A stretch of 64,000 nucleotides of DNA from Eledone cirrhosa (GCA_964016885.1 OZ024740.1:396056001-396120000), one strand, 5' to 3'; shown: positions 52,113 to 64,000, counted from the first letter of the stretch. The notes: a model not told the origin generated them from the letters alone. Program-made: numbers and translations.

Positions 52113-52625
52113 ATTGTAAAGAATATATTAATTAGGTATATATTTTAAAATTTATCTCAGTTTATGATTACATGATATTCTGCAATCTATCTGTATTAGA
52201 ATTTTAATTTTAAGCTAATTAAATTAAAATTATAGGTTAACTAAATTAAAATTAATTTATAAATAAATTTCTAAATTGTACATTAATTAGGTTTATAATA
52301 TTAAAAAATATCTCTCTGTTATTGATTACACGATATTTTGTTATATTTCATCTGTAAAGGAATTTTAATAAAAGGTTAAATAAACTAAAATTAATCTATA
52401 AATTAATTTACAAAGTATATATTAATTATGTTAATAATATTTAAAAGTTTTTCACAATTTATGATTACACAATATTTTTTAATCTCATCTGTAGTAGAAT
52501 TTAATTAAATTAAATTTATAGGTTAACTACATTTAAATTAAATTATATATTAATTTCTAAAATATATATTATTAATTAGGTTTATAATATTTAAATGTTT
52601 TTCTCAGTTTATGATTACACGATAT
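51700..52625. repeat. Diverging tandem array (~110-145 bp unit) derived from the Penelope ORF end
   Basis: TTATAGGTTAACTAAATTAAA-like anchor at about 51721, 51835, 51943, 52050, 52230, 52372 and 52516. Confidence 0.8.
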
Positions 52626-53354
52626 AATTAATTCCTGTCGCTTATTTAATAGGATATCCTTAGATTTCATTATTTCAAATAGTTCTTGGGAACATAATCT
52701 ACATTCATTTCTATTATTTTGATAAGGGGTGGCTCTTTTGAGCACACTCCAGGTCATATCATATTCTATATTCTTATTTCTATAACTATTAATTTTTTCT
52801 GCTAGAGATGTTGTATTAGCCAGTGCGGCATTTTTAAAACTATGTTTGTGGGTATTAAACCTTACCTTAAAATTGTTAGAAGTAGCTCCTATATATGAGC
52901 AAATAGAATCTTTAGTTTTAACTTTACATTTATAAACTATGTTGTTAACAAGACAATTTCCTTTTAATGGGCAGTTTGCTTTGTTTCTACAGTTACAACC
53001 TTTCGTTAATTCTGTATTTGAGGAGATATTATGGTTAGTTTGATGTATTGGTGGTATACTTATGGTATTTTTACATTTATATGCATTATAGGCACTTATA
53101 TTTTGTTTTATGTTTTTGGTTGTTGAATATGAGAATTTAACTGTTGACCTATTTAAGATTTGATGGTATTTGTGGTTTGGCGGGAAGTTTTTCTCTAAGA
53201 TATAAAAAAAATTTTTACCAATATTATCCTTAATTTGTAAATTAAATGGAGCATTATACCAAGTAACTCGTCTATTACGGTTTCTATGTTGTTTATTATT
53301 TTTATAGGTTGTATCGTGATGGAGGATTAATGTTAATGACCTCACCACGCACAT
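52572..53354 (-). CDS. Penelope-like element: GIY-YIG endonuclease region
   Basis: WYNAPF, CNCRNKANCPLKGNC, NIVYKC...YIGAT...FKVRFNTH, CRLCSQE, LNKRQE. Confidence 0.92.
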   Translation of the reverse strand: MCVVRSLTLILHHDTTYKNNKQHRNRNRRVTWYNAPFNLQIKDNIGKNFFYILEKNFPPNHKYHQILNRSTVKFSYSTTKNIKQNISAYNAYKCKNTISIPPIHQTNHNISSNTELTKGCNCRNKANCPLKGNCLVNNIVYKCKVKTKDSICSYIGATSNNFKVRFNTHKHSFKNAALANTTSLAEKINSYRNKNIEYDMTWSVLKRATPYQNNRNECRLCSQELFEIMKSKDILLNKRQELIISCNHKLRKTFKYYKPN

Positions 53355-54795
53355 TTTTAGTTAGATTTATTGATTTAGGTGTTTTATCTTGTTTATTAGG
53401 AGTTTTATTATTAACATTTATTAGAGTTGTATGATGAGTAGTTTTTTGAGAGTTACTATACTTTATATTAGAGGAGTTGTTGGTATTTTGGGGTATAGTG
53501 TGGGTGGCATTTAGGTGTGTACTTTTCATTTGGTGTTTGTTGGTAATATTAGGTTGTATGTTTATAGTATTTTTAGTAGAAGGTATATATTCTAATCTAT
53601 TTTTGTGGCCACTTCTATCTAGAGCTTCGTTATAGAAGGTCGCATTTTTATCAAATACATCTTGGTTAGACGAAAGGTTAGAAATTCTAAGTGATATATT
53701 ATATGCAAGGTTTTTAAGGATAGATTTAGGGTGATTAGATTGTGAGTGTATGTAGTGTAAGTTTTGGTTGGGTTTATGGTAAGGTTGGTAGATACCCGTA
53801 GCTAAGTCTAAAGTTATATCTAGGAAATTAACTACTTTACTTGTGTTTTCAAAAGTAATATGAAGACTATAATAGTCTTTAAGGAAAGTTCTAATAAGCT
53901 TTTTGTTTTTTTCTATTTCTGAGAGGCTAAGGTTGTTGGAAAGAAGAAGACAGTCATCACGATATAAACCACCTTTAAGGTGGGGAAAGGAAGCATTTAT
54001 GTTGAAAAGAAGAAAGAGGCCCACAAGATCAGTAATTTGGGCAGAATTGCTTGAACCCATAGTAATATCAAATAGATTACTATATGTGTTTCTGGTCCAG
54101 TATTCATTCTGAAATTCAATAAGTGTTAGTCTAGCATGTGTAATAATATTAATGTCATCCAAAGTTAAGTTAGATCTATTTTTAGCAAATATCAAAGCTT
54201 TGTTCAGGAGTATAGGTGATATAGAAGAATAGTAATTATCTATATCAAATTGTAGAAATGAAGCAGAAGATTTACATTTAATATTTTTAAACCAGTTAAT
54301 TACCTGGGAAGTGTTTTCCCAGAGTGGTAAATTAACATGTTTTCTTATTTGTGGGATGACTCTATCCAAAATTTTTTTGCTAATTATTCCAATATCAGAT
54401 TTGGAGGGACATATAAGTCTTATAGAAGGATTTGAGTTAAAGTTTGATTTATGATCCTTCAGGTTGAAGTGTGGTCTTTTCAATGCCAAAGGTTCAGTTC
54501 TATCTTCAATGTTTAGTTTTTTTACTATGTTGTGTGTTTTGTTGTTAATGTTGGTGAGTGACGCATTATTAGATTTTTTATAATTTTTCCTGAGTTCTTT
54601 ATATATGAACTCATTATAATCCTCAATATCCATGTGATACAAGTTTCCAGTTTTGTCTGAGTGGACATGGATTTTTTAAGACTTTTTTAGGTCCAATAGG
54701 GTAGAATCAAGGTCCTTTTGAAAGACAGATTTATACTTCTTAAATTTGAGGTGTTTAATTAAATTAAAAAGGTCTTTCTCAAAGTCTTCAAGTAG

Positions 54796-54797
<2 letters not shown>
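53302..54797 (-). pseudogene. Penelope-like element: reverse transcriptase, 5'-truncated (Naiad-like)
   Basis: SDKTGN, LKDHK, IRLI, FDIDNYYSSI, ITMGS, YRDD, NFLDITL. Frame continues upstream of 54642 through one TAA to the (TA)n tract; frameshift to the endonuclease part. Confidence 0.92.
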
Positions 54798-54829
<32 letters not shown>

Positions 54830-54898
54830 TATGAGGAGAGAAGAAACATTTAGATATAATTAGTAATAAAATGTATCATACCTAAACTGTTCCTAAAT

Positions 54899-54986
54899 TC
54901 CTCGACTACGTAGTTTCGTGGCATAAACAAAAACAATATATCAAAGATATAGAGTCCTTGCGAGGTCTGCCGACTTATCAAGAGGA
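54899..54986 (-). ncRNA. Type I hammerhead ribozyme, U3-A8 core variant (copy 1)
   Basis: Minus strand: UCCUC-UUGAUAA-GUCGGCA...UGCCAC-GAAA-CUACGUAG-UC-GAGGA. Predicted cleavage between 54904 and 54903. Confidence 0.82.
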
Positions 54987-55489
54987 TACCTCATTTTACT
55001 AGTCTCAAGAACGCGTCTACACGACGTGAGAAAGAATCCCAAAAGGCGGAGGGGGAGATAGTCACGCGATATAACGGTCGAGAAACAGAGCTAAGCCTCT
55101 TATAACCACGAAGAAAATACCACAGAGGCGGAGGGGGTATTCATATCGAGGCCGTAGAAGAGGTAGTGAAGAAGGCGAGAAGTATGAGTAATGGAAGCTT
55201 TCCAGTTGTCCCCACACTTCAAAGATTGCTCGACCAGAGGGAGTTATTAATATATTTAGAAACACACAGATACATGCGGACACACACATATATACATGAA
55301 TGCATCCGCACCCAACTGTGAGTTAAGGGTGCCAACTTCACCGATGTTGCTCAATGAATGACTGGGACAGACCAATTCAGTTTGAACCAGACTGAACCAG
55401 TATCAGAGTTAAAAATACATTATGAAGAGAGAAGAAACATTTAGATATAATTAGTAATAAAATGTATCATACCTAAACTGTTCCTAAAT

Positions 55490-55577
55490 TCCTCGACTAC
55501 GTAGTTTCGTGGCATAAGCAAAAACAATATATCAAAGATATAGAGTCCTTGCGAGGTCTGCCGACTTATCAAGAGGA
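55490..55577 (-). ncRNA. Type I hammerhead ribozyme, U3-A8 core variant (copy 2)
   Basis: Same motif, one substitution in the stem II loop region. Predicted cleavage between 55495 and 55494. Confidence 0.82.
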
Positions 55578-56311
55578 TACCTCATTTTACTAGTCTCAAG
55601 AACGCGTCTACACGACGTGAGAAAGAATCCCAAAAGGCGGAGGGGGAGATAGTCACGCGATATAACGGTCGAGAAACAGAGCTAAGCCTCTTATAACCAT
55701 GAAGAAAATACCACGGAGGCGGAGGGGGTATTCATATCGAGGCCGTATTTTCTACGCCCCCCTACCCCCGAGCTACGAACCCCCCCCCCCATTGAGAACC
55801 TTTAATTTACACGATAACATCCCTAGTATCCACTGTAGTGTGGTTGATGTTAGGAATGACATTCAGCCATAGAAAAATTGCCAAACAAAGGATTGAGAGG
55901 ACACTTTAGCTATGTCAAAGACATGACAATTTCCTTAGGGTTGGTAATTTATATGGTAAATGCACCCAGTACACTCTGTAAAGTGCTTGGTGGTAGGAAG
56001 GGCATCCAGATATAAAAGAACTTGCCAAACAAAGGGTCCTGAAGACTCACCAGCTGTGTCAAAGACATGACAATTTTCCTATTGCTGGTGCCATGATAAA
56101 ATGCACTCAGAATGTCGGAACGTAGTTTCACATGTGTACTGACTCAGTCTGTGACAATATGTTCAACCCTTGCTAGAAAGGAAAACAGACTACAAATGAT
56201 GATAACAATTACTGCTTGGTTTTTGTTTTTTCCCCTTCATCTAACAGGGAAATATCAATTCATTGAGGGTTTTTTTTGTGTTTTGGCTTATATCATTCAG
56301 TACATCACCCC

Positions 56312-56538
56312 TTAACCCTTTAGCATTCACATTACTCTATATTTACTATTGTATTTTCAGAGAAAAGGCTTTACTTCACATAAATATCTCACATAATATT
56401 GAGTCTAAGATTTTGATATTATTTATTATGAGAACAATACCTTAAAGTCGGTATGAGGGGCCAGTTACAGCTGCTTTGAACAGAAAGCTGTGAGAAAATT
56501 CTGGACGGATATTGCCGGTTTAAATGCTAAAGGGTTAA
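56312..56538. mobile_element. piggyBac-like MITE
   Basis: TTAA-CCCTTTAGCATT ... AATGCTAAAGGG-TTAA. Confidence 0.82.
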
Positions 56539-57222
56539 TTTATTTATCTAAATTCATAAACAATGGCCTTATTGAGCTATTTCCCTTAGCTCATTTTATT
56601 TTTGTAATTAAGACAATAGCAGTGTTGTAATTAATTGTGAGTATAAGGTTTTCTATTAGCTAATTGATATTTTTAACTTTGTTCTTCTCGCAGTTTTTAA
56701 TTTAAGTTTCTTTGTTGATATCTTATGTTTTTTTTATATTTTTTCATCAAGTAACTCAGATAGAAAATGTCAGCTGACTTGTCTTGACTTGTAGTAATAC
56801 ACTTGAAATTAAATTGCTTGTAGCTGAAATGATTTAATAGGTTAGTGCTATTGGACAAAACACAAAGTTAGTATTTGAAATTATATACAAAGCAAGAAAG
56901 CGTGAAAAAAATATCCCCCTCTCACCAAAGAGCAATAATTAATTTTAAAATGTTCATGATAGCTGTGGGATTAAGTAGTTCGCTTTACAATCATATGGTC
57001 CATGTTTGATCCCACTTTGTGGTATTTTGGACACGTGTTTTATATTGTAGTCTAGGGTTGACCAATGCTTTATCACTCATTCAATAAAGGTCAATAAAGT
57101 TTTACTAGGCTGAACTGGTAAAGGGAGTTGGGGTCATATGATCAACTAAAATCCTTGAGATCAGTGCTAGATTACAGTCCAGGGATTGAAACCAATAAAA
57201 TAATAAAAGACTATAATCTTAA

Positions 57223-57449
57223 TTAACCCTTTAGTATTTACATTACTTTATATTTACTATTATATTTTCATGGTAAAGGCTTTATCTAACAATTATCTCA
57301 CATAATATCGAATCTATGAGATTTTGATATTATTTATTTTGAGAACAATACCTTAACATCAGTATGAGTGCCCAGTTACAGCTGGCTTGAACAGAAAGAG
57401 GTGAGAGAAGTCTGACCAGATATGGTCGGTTTAAATGCTAAAGAGTTAA
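57223..57449. mobile_element. piggyBac-like MITE
   Basis: TTAA-CCCTTTAGTATTTA ... TAAATGCTAAAGAG-TTAA; same family. Confidence 0.8.
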
Positions 57450-59387
57450 ATAACTAAGGTTTTGTAGCTAATTAGGGTATTGTTACATTTTAGTTGCATT
57501 GAAATATATGCATTTTTTCATATACATCCCTTTGCCTACCCCCCACCCCTACCCCTCTATGCAAGCATGGACAGGTGGACGTAAAAGCAATGATGATATA
57601 TATAATTGTTTCTACTTTTCTACAAATCTAGTGACTCAAGATCATTAAGCAAGTGACTTTTTTCCAAGCTGATCTTAGGTTAATACCAAAACAACATCAA
57701 AACATATAATATTGTATTAATAATTTTATGCTCTAGTGTTTATCTATCAAGTTTGAGATTGAGTAGATATTAAAATAGAGAAAATAATCTTCAGTCAGTC
57801 CTGAATTAAATACTGTTTATTTCTGGTGAGATTAGGAGAAAAACTGCTCAAAGTTGAATAAATAATTAAACAATAGCCAAGAAAACCCTTTGACTGGATT
57901 TCTAAATATAGTCTTAATCACTGATGCAATTAACTTTGATTGTTATGTCAACATAATAGTATTGTTGGCAAATCATGTGAGTTCAGAGACTGAAGGTGAC
58001 AATTCAAATGCCAGTGGAGATCTTAATGTGCTCATTTTAGTTTGTCAAGTGCAACTGATAAATCATGAAAACATGTTGCTAAATCAGTTAATCCAAGTAT
58101 TAAATGTTACAAACCCGAAAATGACCCCCTCCTCCACTTTTCCTGCTAGCAAGGATTTGGACTCTATCATTTCTAAAAGGTATTGGGTCGCTTATTTTTA
58201 TTGGAAAGAAAATTTTTAAAAAAAATTGTTTCAAATAATAAACCATACCCACTGTAGTATTTAGAAACCGGACAGGATGTAAAATACTTGTTCTTCTAAC
58301 CAACTAAATTAATAAAATGTTTGGCAAAGAATTTGAGAAATTTACAATTTCAAATCTAGTTAAAACCATTTTCTTGAATAGAAAATTACTTTATCGTGTG
58401 TGGTATATGACTCTGATTTGATTAATCTTCTTGAATCTGGAATAGTTTCTTTTCTATTAAACAGACATAAGAATAAAGAGAAATATTGAAGCATTTTGGT
58501 TTTATTTATGTCAGAAAAAATAATTAAGTCAGGTAGTCTGATTTGGTGTTTGTAACAAAAATTATTCTGAAGAAAAATGACATGAATTGTTACAGCTTTG
58601 CTGTTTAATAAGTAGTCATTTGTCATTGAAACTTAGACATTTGGTTCATCATCATCATTGTTTAATGTCTGTTTTCCCTGTTAACAAGAGTTGGATATGT
58701 TGTCACAGACCAGTCAGTACTGAAGCGGAGACACTAACCTCCAGCTGGGACAAGGGCCCAACATACAATCCTGTGCTTTACCGAGTACATTCTATCAAGG
58801 CAACAACACTAGGAGAGTTGTCATGTTTTTGACACAGCTGAACAATCCTCCTGACCCTTTGTTTGACAAGTTTTCTACAGCTGGATGCCTATCATTAACC
58901 ATTTTACAGAATGTACTGATTATAATTATTGTGTAGAGGTTGTCATGTCTATGGCACAATTGAAGTGTATTGAGTACAATATCTAAAATGTAAGGAATTA
59001 TTTAATATTTTTCCAGTAACATTCCGAATCTCATTTTTTTGTTTGTTTGTTTGTTTGCAATAGAGTCAACAGTAAGTTCACAGCAAATGAAATCTACAGC
59101 CTTCTTTTAGTTTTTTTGGAATGTCTTCATTTACAACTCTAGTGATTTTCGGCTATAATGAATGCTATCTTTTACAAATTTTCTCCAACTTAAAATTAAA
59201 AAAAAAACTCTAATAACACATAGTGTTATCATTAAAAACCACTGTTATATTCCCTGTTCCTTAAGCTTAAGAGATTTATCAGATTATTCATTTAGCTGAA
59301 TTGCTATAATAATAAAATGTTTAACTGATTTTGATTTGTTACCAAGAAATTTTTATCTGTATCATTATTTATTATCATTATATTTAA

Positions 59388-59492
59388 ATGCCAAGGTTGA
59401 CTTTGCCTTTCATCCTTACGGGGTCGATAAAATAAAGTACCAGTAATGCACTGGGTAATTGCTGGCCTTGTGCCTAAAGTAGAAACAATTAT
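59388..59492 (+). mobile_element. Deu/Nin-type SINE, 3' half
   Basis: Near-identical to the reverse complement of 36140-36240. Confidence 0.85.
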
Positions 59493-59668
59493 ATTTAAAT
59501 CAACATTCTCATTTGTTTTACTGGATTATATATAAAATCCCCAGTATGTCTTATTGTTTGATATTCTTGCTGTTTTTCTGTTTCATTGTTTCCTGTCTTT
59601 GTAGAGAAATATTTTTTTACACTAAGGGTGCTACATGAAAGTGTGTATATATATATATATATCATCAT

Positions 59669-61326
59669 ATGAATATAGACGAGATGCAATTTGGGTTTGT
59701 TCCAGGGAAAGGCACCACTGATGCGCTCTTCCTTGTGAGGCAATTACAGGAAAAGTACCTAGCTAAAAGTAAGCCACTCTACTTGGCATTTGTCGACCTT
59801 GAGAAAGCCTTTGACAGAGTTCCACGTGCAGTAATCTGGTGGGCTCTTAGAAAACTAGGAGTAGATGAATGGCTTGTGAAAGCGGTACAAGCCATGTATA
59901 GGGGAGCAGTCAGCAAAGTTAGGATTGGCAATGAGTATAGCGAGGAATTTAGCGTACAGGTTGGGGTCCACCAGGGCTCTGTTCTTAGCCCTCTCCTGTT
60001 CATCATAGTCCTGCAGGCAATAACGGAGGAGTTTAAGACCGGATGCCCATGGGAACTCCTGTATGCTGATGACCTCGCACTCATAGCTGAATCTATGGTA
60101 GAACTAGAGAATAAATTCCAAACCTGGAAGCAGGGACTAGAGAGAAAGGGCCTCAAAGTCAACATGACAAAGACTAAGGTCCTTATAAGTAGACGAGAAA
60201 ACAGAACCCAGATCCCCTCAGGGAAATGGCCTTGCTCAGTATGTAGGAAAGGTGTAGGTAGGAACTCCATTCTTTGCCCCAAATGCAAACAATGGGTACA
60301 CAAGAGATGTAGCGGGATCTCAGGAAGCTTAATTAAGAATGTAGGATTCACATGCAGCAGCTGTGCTGAAACAGCAAGCAAACAGCCACAGGAAACAAGT
60401 ACCACCAATCTCTGGGAGGGCCCTGTAGAAACAGTAGACAGCTTCTGCTACCTAGGTGACCGAATTAGCAACGGAGGTGGGTGCTCAGAAAGTACAATAA
60501 CTAGGGTAAGAACGGGATGGAAGAAGTTTAGGGAACTACTACCACTGCTAGCTGCAAAAGGCTTCTCCCTCAGAATGAAAGGCAGACTGTATGATGCGTG
60601 TATCCGAACAGCGATGTTGCATGGTAGTGAGACCTGGGCGCTGAAGGTGGAAGACTTACGTAGATTAGAGAGAAACGAAGCCTGCATGCTCCGATGGATG
60701 TGTAACAGTAATATACGTGAACGACAAAGCATAAATGAATTGAGAGAGAGACTGAGCATAAGAGGAATCAAATGCTGCGTGCAGGAGAGGCGGTTACGCT
60801 GGTATGGACATGTGATGCGTATGAAGGATGACAGCTGCATAAAAAGGTGCAGAGCACTAGAAGTTGATGGAAACCGCGGAGTGGGGAGACCCAAGATGAC
60901 TTGGGATGAGGTGATAAAAGCCGACCTTACCCAACTACACCTCTCAAAGTCAATGACACACGACCGTGACTTCTGGCGTCACGCAGTAATACAGGGTACC
61001 CGACCTCCCATGGGTACATGCTGAAGCATATAAACAATATGCCCCCCCCCCCACCGCAAGGTGGTCGTGGAGGTGCCACGGCAAAAAAGCACCCAGCCCA
61101 CACTGTAAAGTGGACGTGTAGGCGCCACGAAAAAGCACCCAGCACTCACTGTAAATGAGGTTGGTGTTAGGAAGGGCATCCAGCTGTAGAAATCAAGCCA
61201 GATCAGTTCCTGTATGAGCAAGGCATGGTCAGCCGACCAGACACTGCCCACAACAGGACAACCCGTCTAACCCATGCTAGCGTGGAAGAACGGACGTAAA
61301 ACGGTGATGATGATGATGATGATGAT
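59669..61326 (+). mobile_element. 5'-truncated RTE LINE with open RT frame (59669-61024)
   Basis: 451-aa uninterrupted RT plus PHD-like finger, sister family of the 47951 ORF; 3' UTR and (GAT)n tail. Confidence 0.95.
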
Positions 61327-61373
61327 CATCATCATCATTTTACGTCCACTTTTCCCTGCTTGCAAAGGTGGAA

Positions 61374-62032
61374 CGGGAACTGATTTTGGCTTGAGTTCTA
61401 CAGCTGGATGCCCTTCCTAACACCAACCTCATTTATAGTGAGTGCTGGGTGCATTTTTGCCGTGGCACCTCCACAACCATTTTGCAGCAGGAGGGGGTGG
61501 TGGCATATTGTCTATATGCTTCAGCTTCGGCTTGTACCCGTGGGGGAGGGGGTCTTCTATATTAATAATAATAAAAAGGACGAAGTGTTAGATCTTCATT
61601 ATGTTTATTGAGGTGTGATGCGCATTTCACAATTGATCAGCTCTAGGCTTGATCTGTATTGATCTGGCCCAATTCTGGAATTTATGCATCGAGTGCTCAC
61701 TCTGGTGAACCTACAGTAACTTAGCATAAATTCCAGAGTCGGGCCAGATCAATACAGATCAAGCCTAGAGCTGATCAATTGTGAAACGCGCATCACACCT
61801 CAATAAACATAATGATCTAACACTTCGTCCTTTTTATTATTATTAATATAGAAGACCCCTCCCCACGGGTACAAGCCAAAGCTGAAGCATATAGACAATA
61901 TGCCCCCACCCCCTCCTGCTGCAAAATGGTTATGGAGGTGCCACAGCAAAAAAGCACCCAGCACTCACTGTAAATGAGGTTGGTGTTAGGAAGGGCATCC
62001 AGCTGTAGAAATCAAGCCAGAATCAGTTCCCG
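61374..62032. repeat. Long inverted repeat (arms ~310 bp, spacer 36 bp)
   Basis: 61374-61687 is the reverse complement of 61724-62032 with few mismatches. Confidence 0.93.
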
Positions 62033-63213
62033 ATTGGCTGCTGCCCACAACGAGACAACCTGTCGAACCCATGCTAGCGTGGAAGAACGGACGTAAAATG
62101 GTCATGATGATGATGATGTTTAATAACTCAATCAACTATGATTATACAGGAATGTTGTATAACATAACTGTAGCTAAGGTTCAGATTAACAGAGAAAATA
62201 GATTTTGTATGCAGCGGATGCTCAGGAGAAGTAAGTACTGAGAGCACTAAAATGCACCCAGTACATCCTGTAAGGTGGTTGGTGATAGGAGTGGCATCTA
62301 GCTGTAGAAACCATGCTAAACAGGGTTGAGAGGACTCCTCAGCTTTCTCAAAAACATAGCAACCTTCCTAGTGCTGGTGCCATCATAAATTGCACTTGGT
62401 AGAGTGCAGGAATGTATGTAAGCATGATATGAGGCTCCAGCCCTTCAGAACACTCAGTGGTGTACGGTGATGTATATAAACAAGATGGAGGGCCCCAGTC
62501 CATCTGAGAGGTCAGTAGCTCCACTGGTGTACAGTATGTGTGTGTGTGTGTGTGCATGTAATAATATATAAATATAATATCAACAGAAAAATGCACACAG
62601 AAAAACAGTTACATAAGATGAACTGACAACTGCATCTATACCTCTACAGATACATTCTGGCATATAATTTTGTGTATATACCTGTAAGGGGTGAATACAC
62701 CATATCCCTACATGTTGTAAGGGGCAAGAAGGGTATCTGGCTGTAAAAAGTTGTTTAAAAACATCCTGTCCAAAGCCATGCCAACATGGAAAGATGGATG
62801 CAAAAACAATGGTTATGAAATATATGTACCTCCTAAAGAATGCCTTTATTTGTGTATGTATCCATATGTGTACACAGGTATGAATATAAGGTTGACTGAG
62901 CCCATGTGCATATATGCATATACAAACTTGTATGCCTACACACGCATACACTCTTGCGTAAAGGCAGTCATGGTTTGATGTGTATCACAATATTCATAAT
63001 TTCAGTTTTTTACAAACACATACACACATTTATTCTTACCCCCTTCAATGCTTATCACCCCTTCACTAATTCTCCAATATACGAGCCAGGTTTTAAAATT
63101 CAACCTTTCAAAATGGCTGACTAACCACGTTTTTTTTTATTTCCTAGATCTTATGTATTTTTCATACGCTATATTTGTATATCTCATATGTATGTATATT
63201 ATATTTTATTCAG

Positions 63214-63373
63214 GAATTGGAATTAATAGAAGATAATTGGCAAGAAGAAGTAAAAAGTTTATTAAAAAATATAGATCATCTCCAACGTGAAAATAAACAA
63301 TATCGCAATTTAAGAGAAACATTGAAAGAACAACAGAAGTTAGCTGTAGCTGAGGCTCTGGCAGCCTCCAAAC
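63214..63373 (+). CDS. RILPL1: Internal exon of a RILP-like protein gene (RH1 domain, coiled coil)
   Basis: Pyrimidine tract and CAG acceptor, GTAAGT donor. ELELIEDNWQEEVKSLLKNIDHLQRENKQ resembles RILPL1 ELELVEDVWRGEAQDLLSQIAQLQEENKQ as recalled. Symbol denotes family-level homology only. Confidence 0.8.
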
Positions 63374-64000
63374 GTAAGTTTAGTGTTTCTTTACTTTTAG
63401 ATTTTTTTTTTTTTTGGTTTTGTTTTATTTAATTTTTGCTCTTCTTTTTGTCTAGATGTATTTGTTAGCTTTTTATGTAAATGTAAGTTTTGCTGTATAT
63501 GTATATTGATCCCTAAATTAAGACATTATTCCTGTCATTTTTAATATTATCACTTTACCAGTAGTTCCCTCACCCCCTTGAAAACTTCAGCAAAAGTTTT
63601 GTTGTTGTACTTGACATTAGTAGTGACTGTGCCCAATATGTTTGCATGAGAACTTCCAAGATAAGTGCCTTTCTTGTGATCTTCATATATCGATATCCTG
63701 TTGAGAATCATTCTGTTGATGACCTTGTTGGACAGTGCTATTCCTCTGTAGTTGGTTTCATTGCTGATTAGTTGCTGACCATCTACAAATCTTATATAAG
63801 ATTCACAATGCAGTATTGGTCATGTATATGGGATGATATTTTCCACACATACAAAAACTTTGTAGACCATATTTAAAAGAGGACCATTTGACTAATTGGC
63901 AAGGATTCACTCCCCAAAATGCTTCAACTGCTAGCTCACACACATGCTAGTTCCTTCCTCTGCCACTTCTATTACTCCTCAGAATTAACTAACTGCATAC

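Larger units (their letters stand above)
54824..55747 (-). repeat. Direct repeats of 333 bp (pseudo-LTR-like), period 591 bp
   Basis: 54824-55156 vs 55415-55747, about 4 differences. Confidence 0.93.

Noticed and set aside
54791-54825. GTAGATT(TA)n at the Penelope truncation matches the 43-kb minisatellite unit
   Set aside because: Only ~7 informative bases; chance is plausible.
61760-61805. Hammerhead in the foldback head (CTGATCA...GAAACGCGCATC)
   Set aside because: The core is not CUGANGA or a compensated variant, and no stem I or II partner was found.

Overview
AT-rich animal genomic DNA, probably a coleoid cephalopod such as Octopus (inferred from the SINE/RTE repertoire and microsatellite load). 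The only host coding signal is one 160-bp internal exon of a RILP-like (RILPL1-type, RH1 domain) gene at 63214-63373 (+), so almost the whole window is probably one very large intron full of transposons. (1) A ~19.4-kb block (36437-55804) is bounded by 13-bp Buster/Charlie-type hAT TIRs and a perfect 8-bp TSD (ATTTACAC). It contains a dead hAT transposase, a second hAT remnant, a near-full-length RTE LINE with a PHD finger, a Penelope-like element and microsatellite-rich DNA, and it spans a 200-N gap. (2) Two tandem copies of a type I hammerhead ribozyme with a compensatory U3-A8 core and a palindromic stem III lie upstream of the Penelope ORF. (3) A second, degenerate hammerhead-like repeat family occurs at 19.0 and 22.5 kb. 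(4) There is a ~660-bp foldback at 61.4-62.0 kb. (5) The SINEs are modular and swap tails, one with the RTE LINE. Most ORFs in the supplied track are spurious. All calls were made by eye; identities and family names are estimates.
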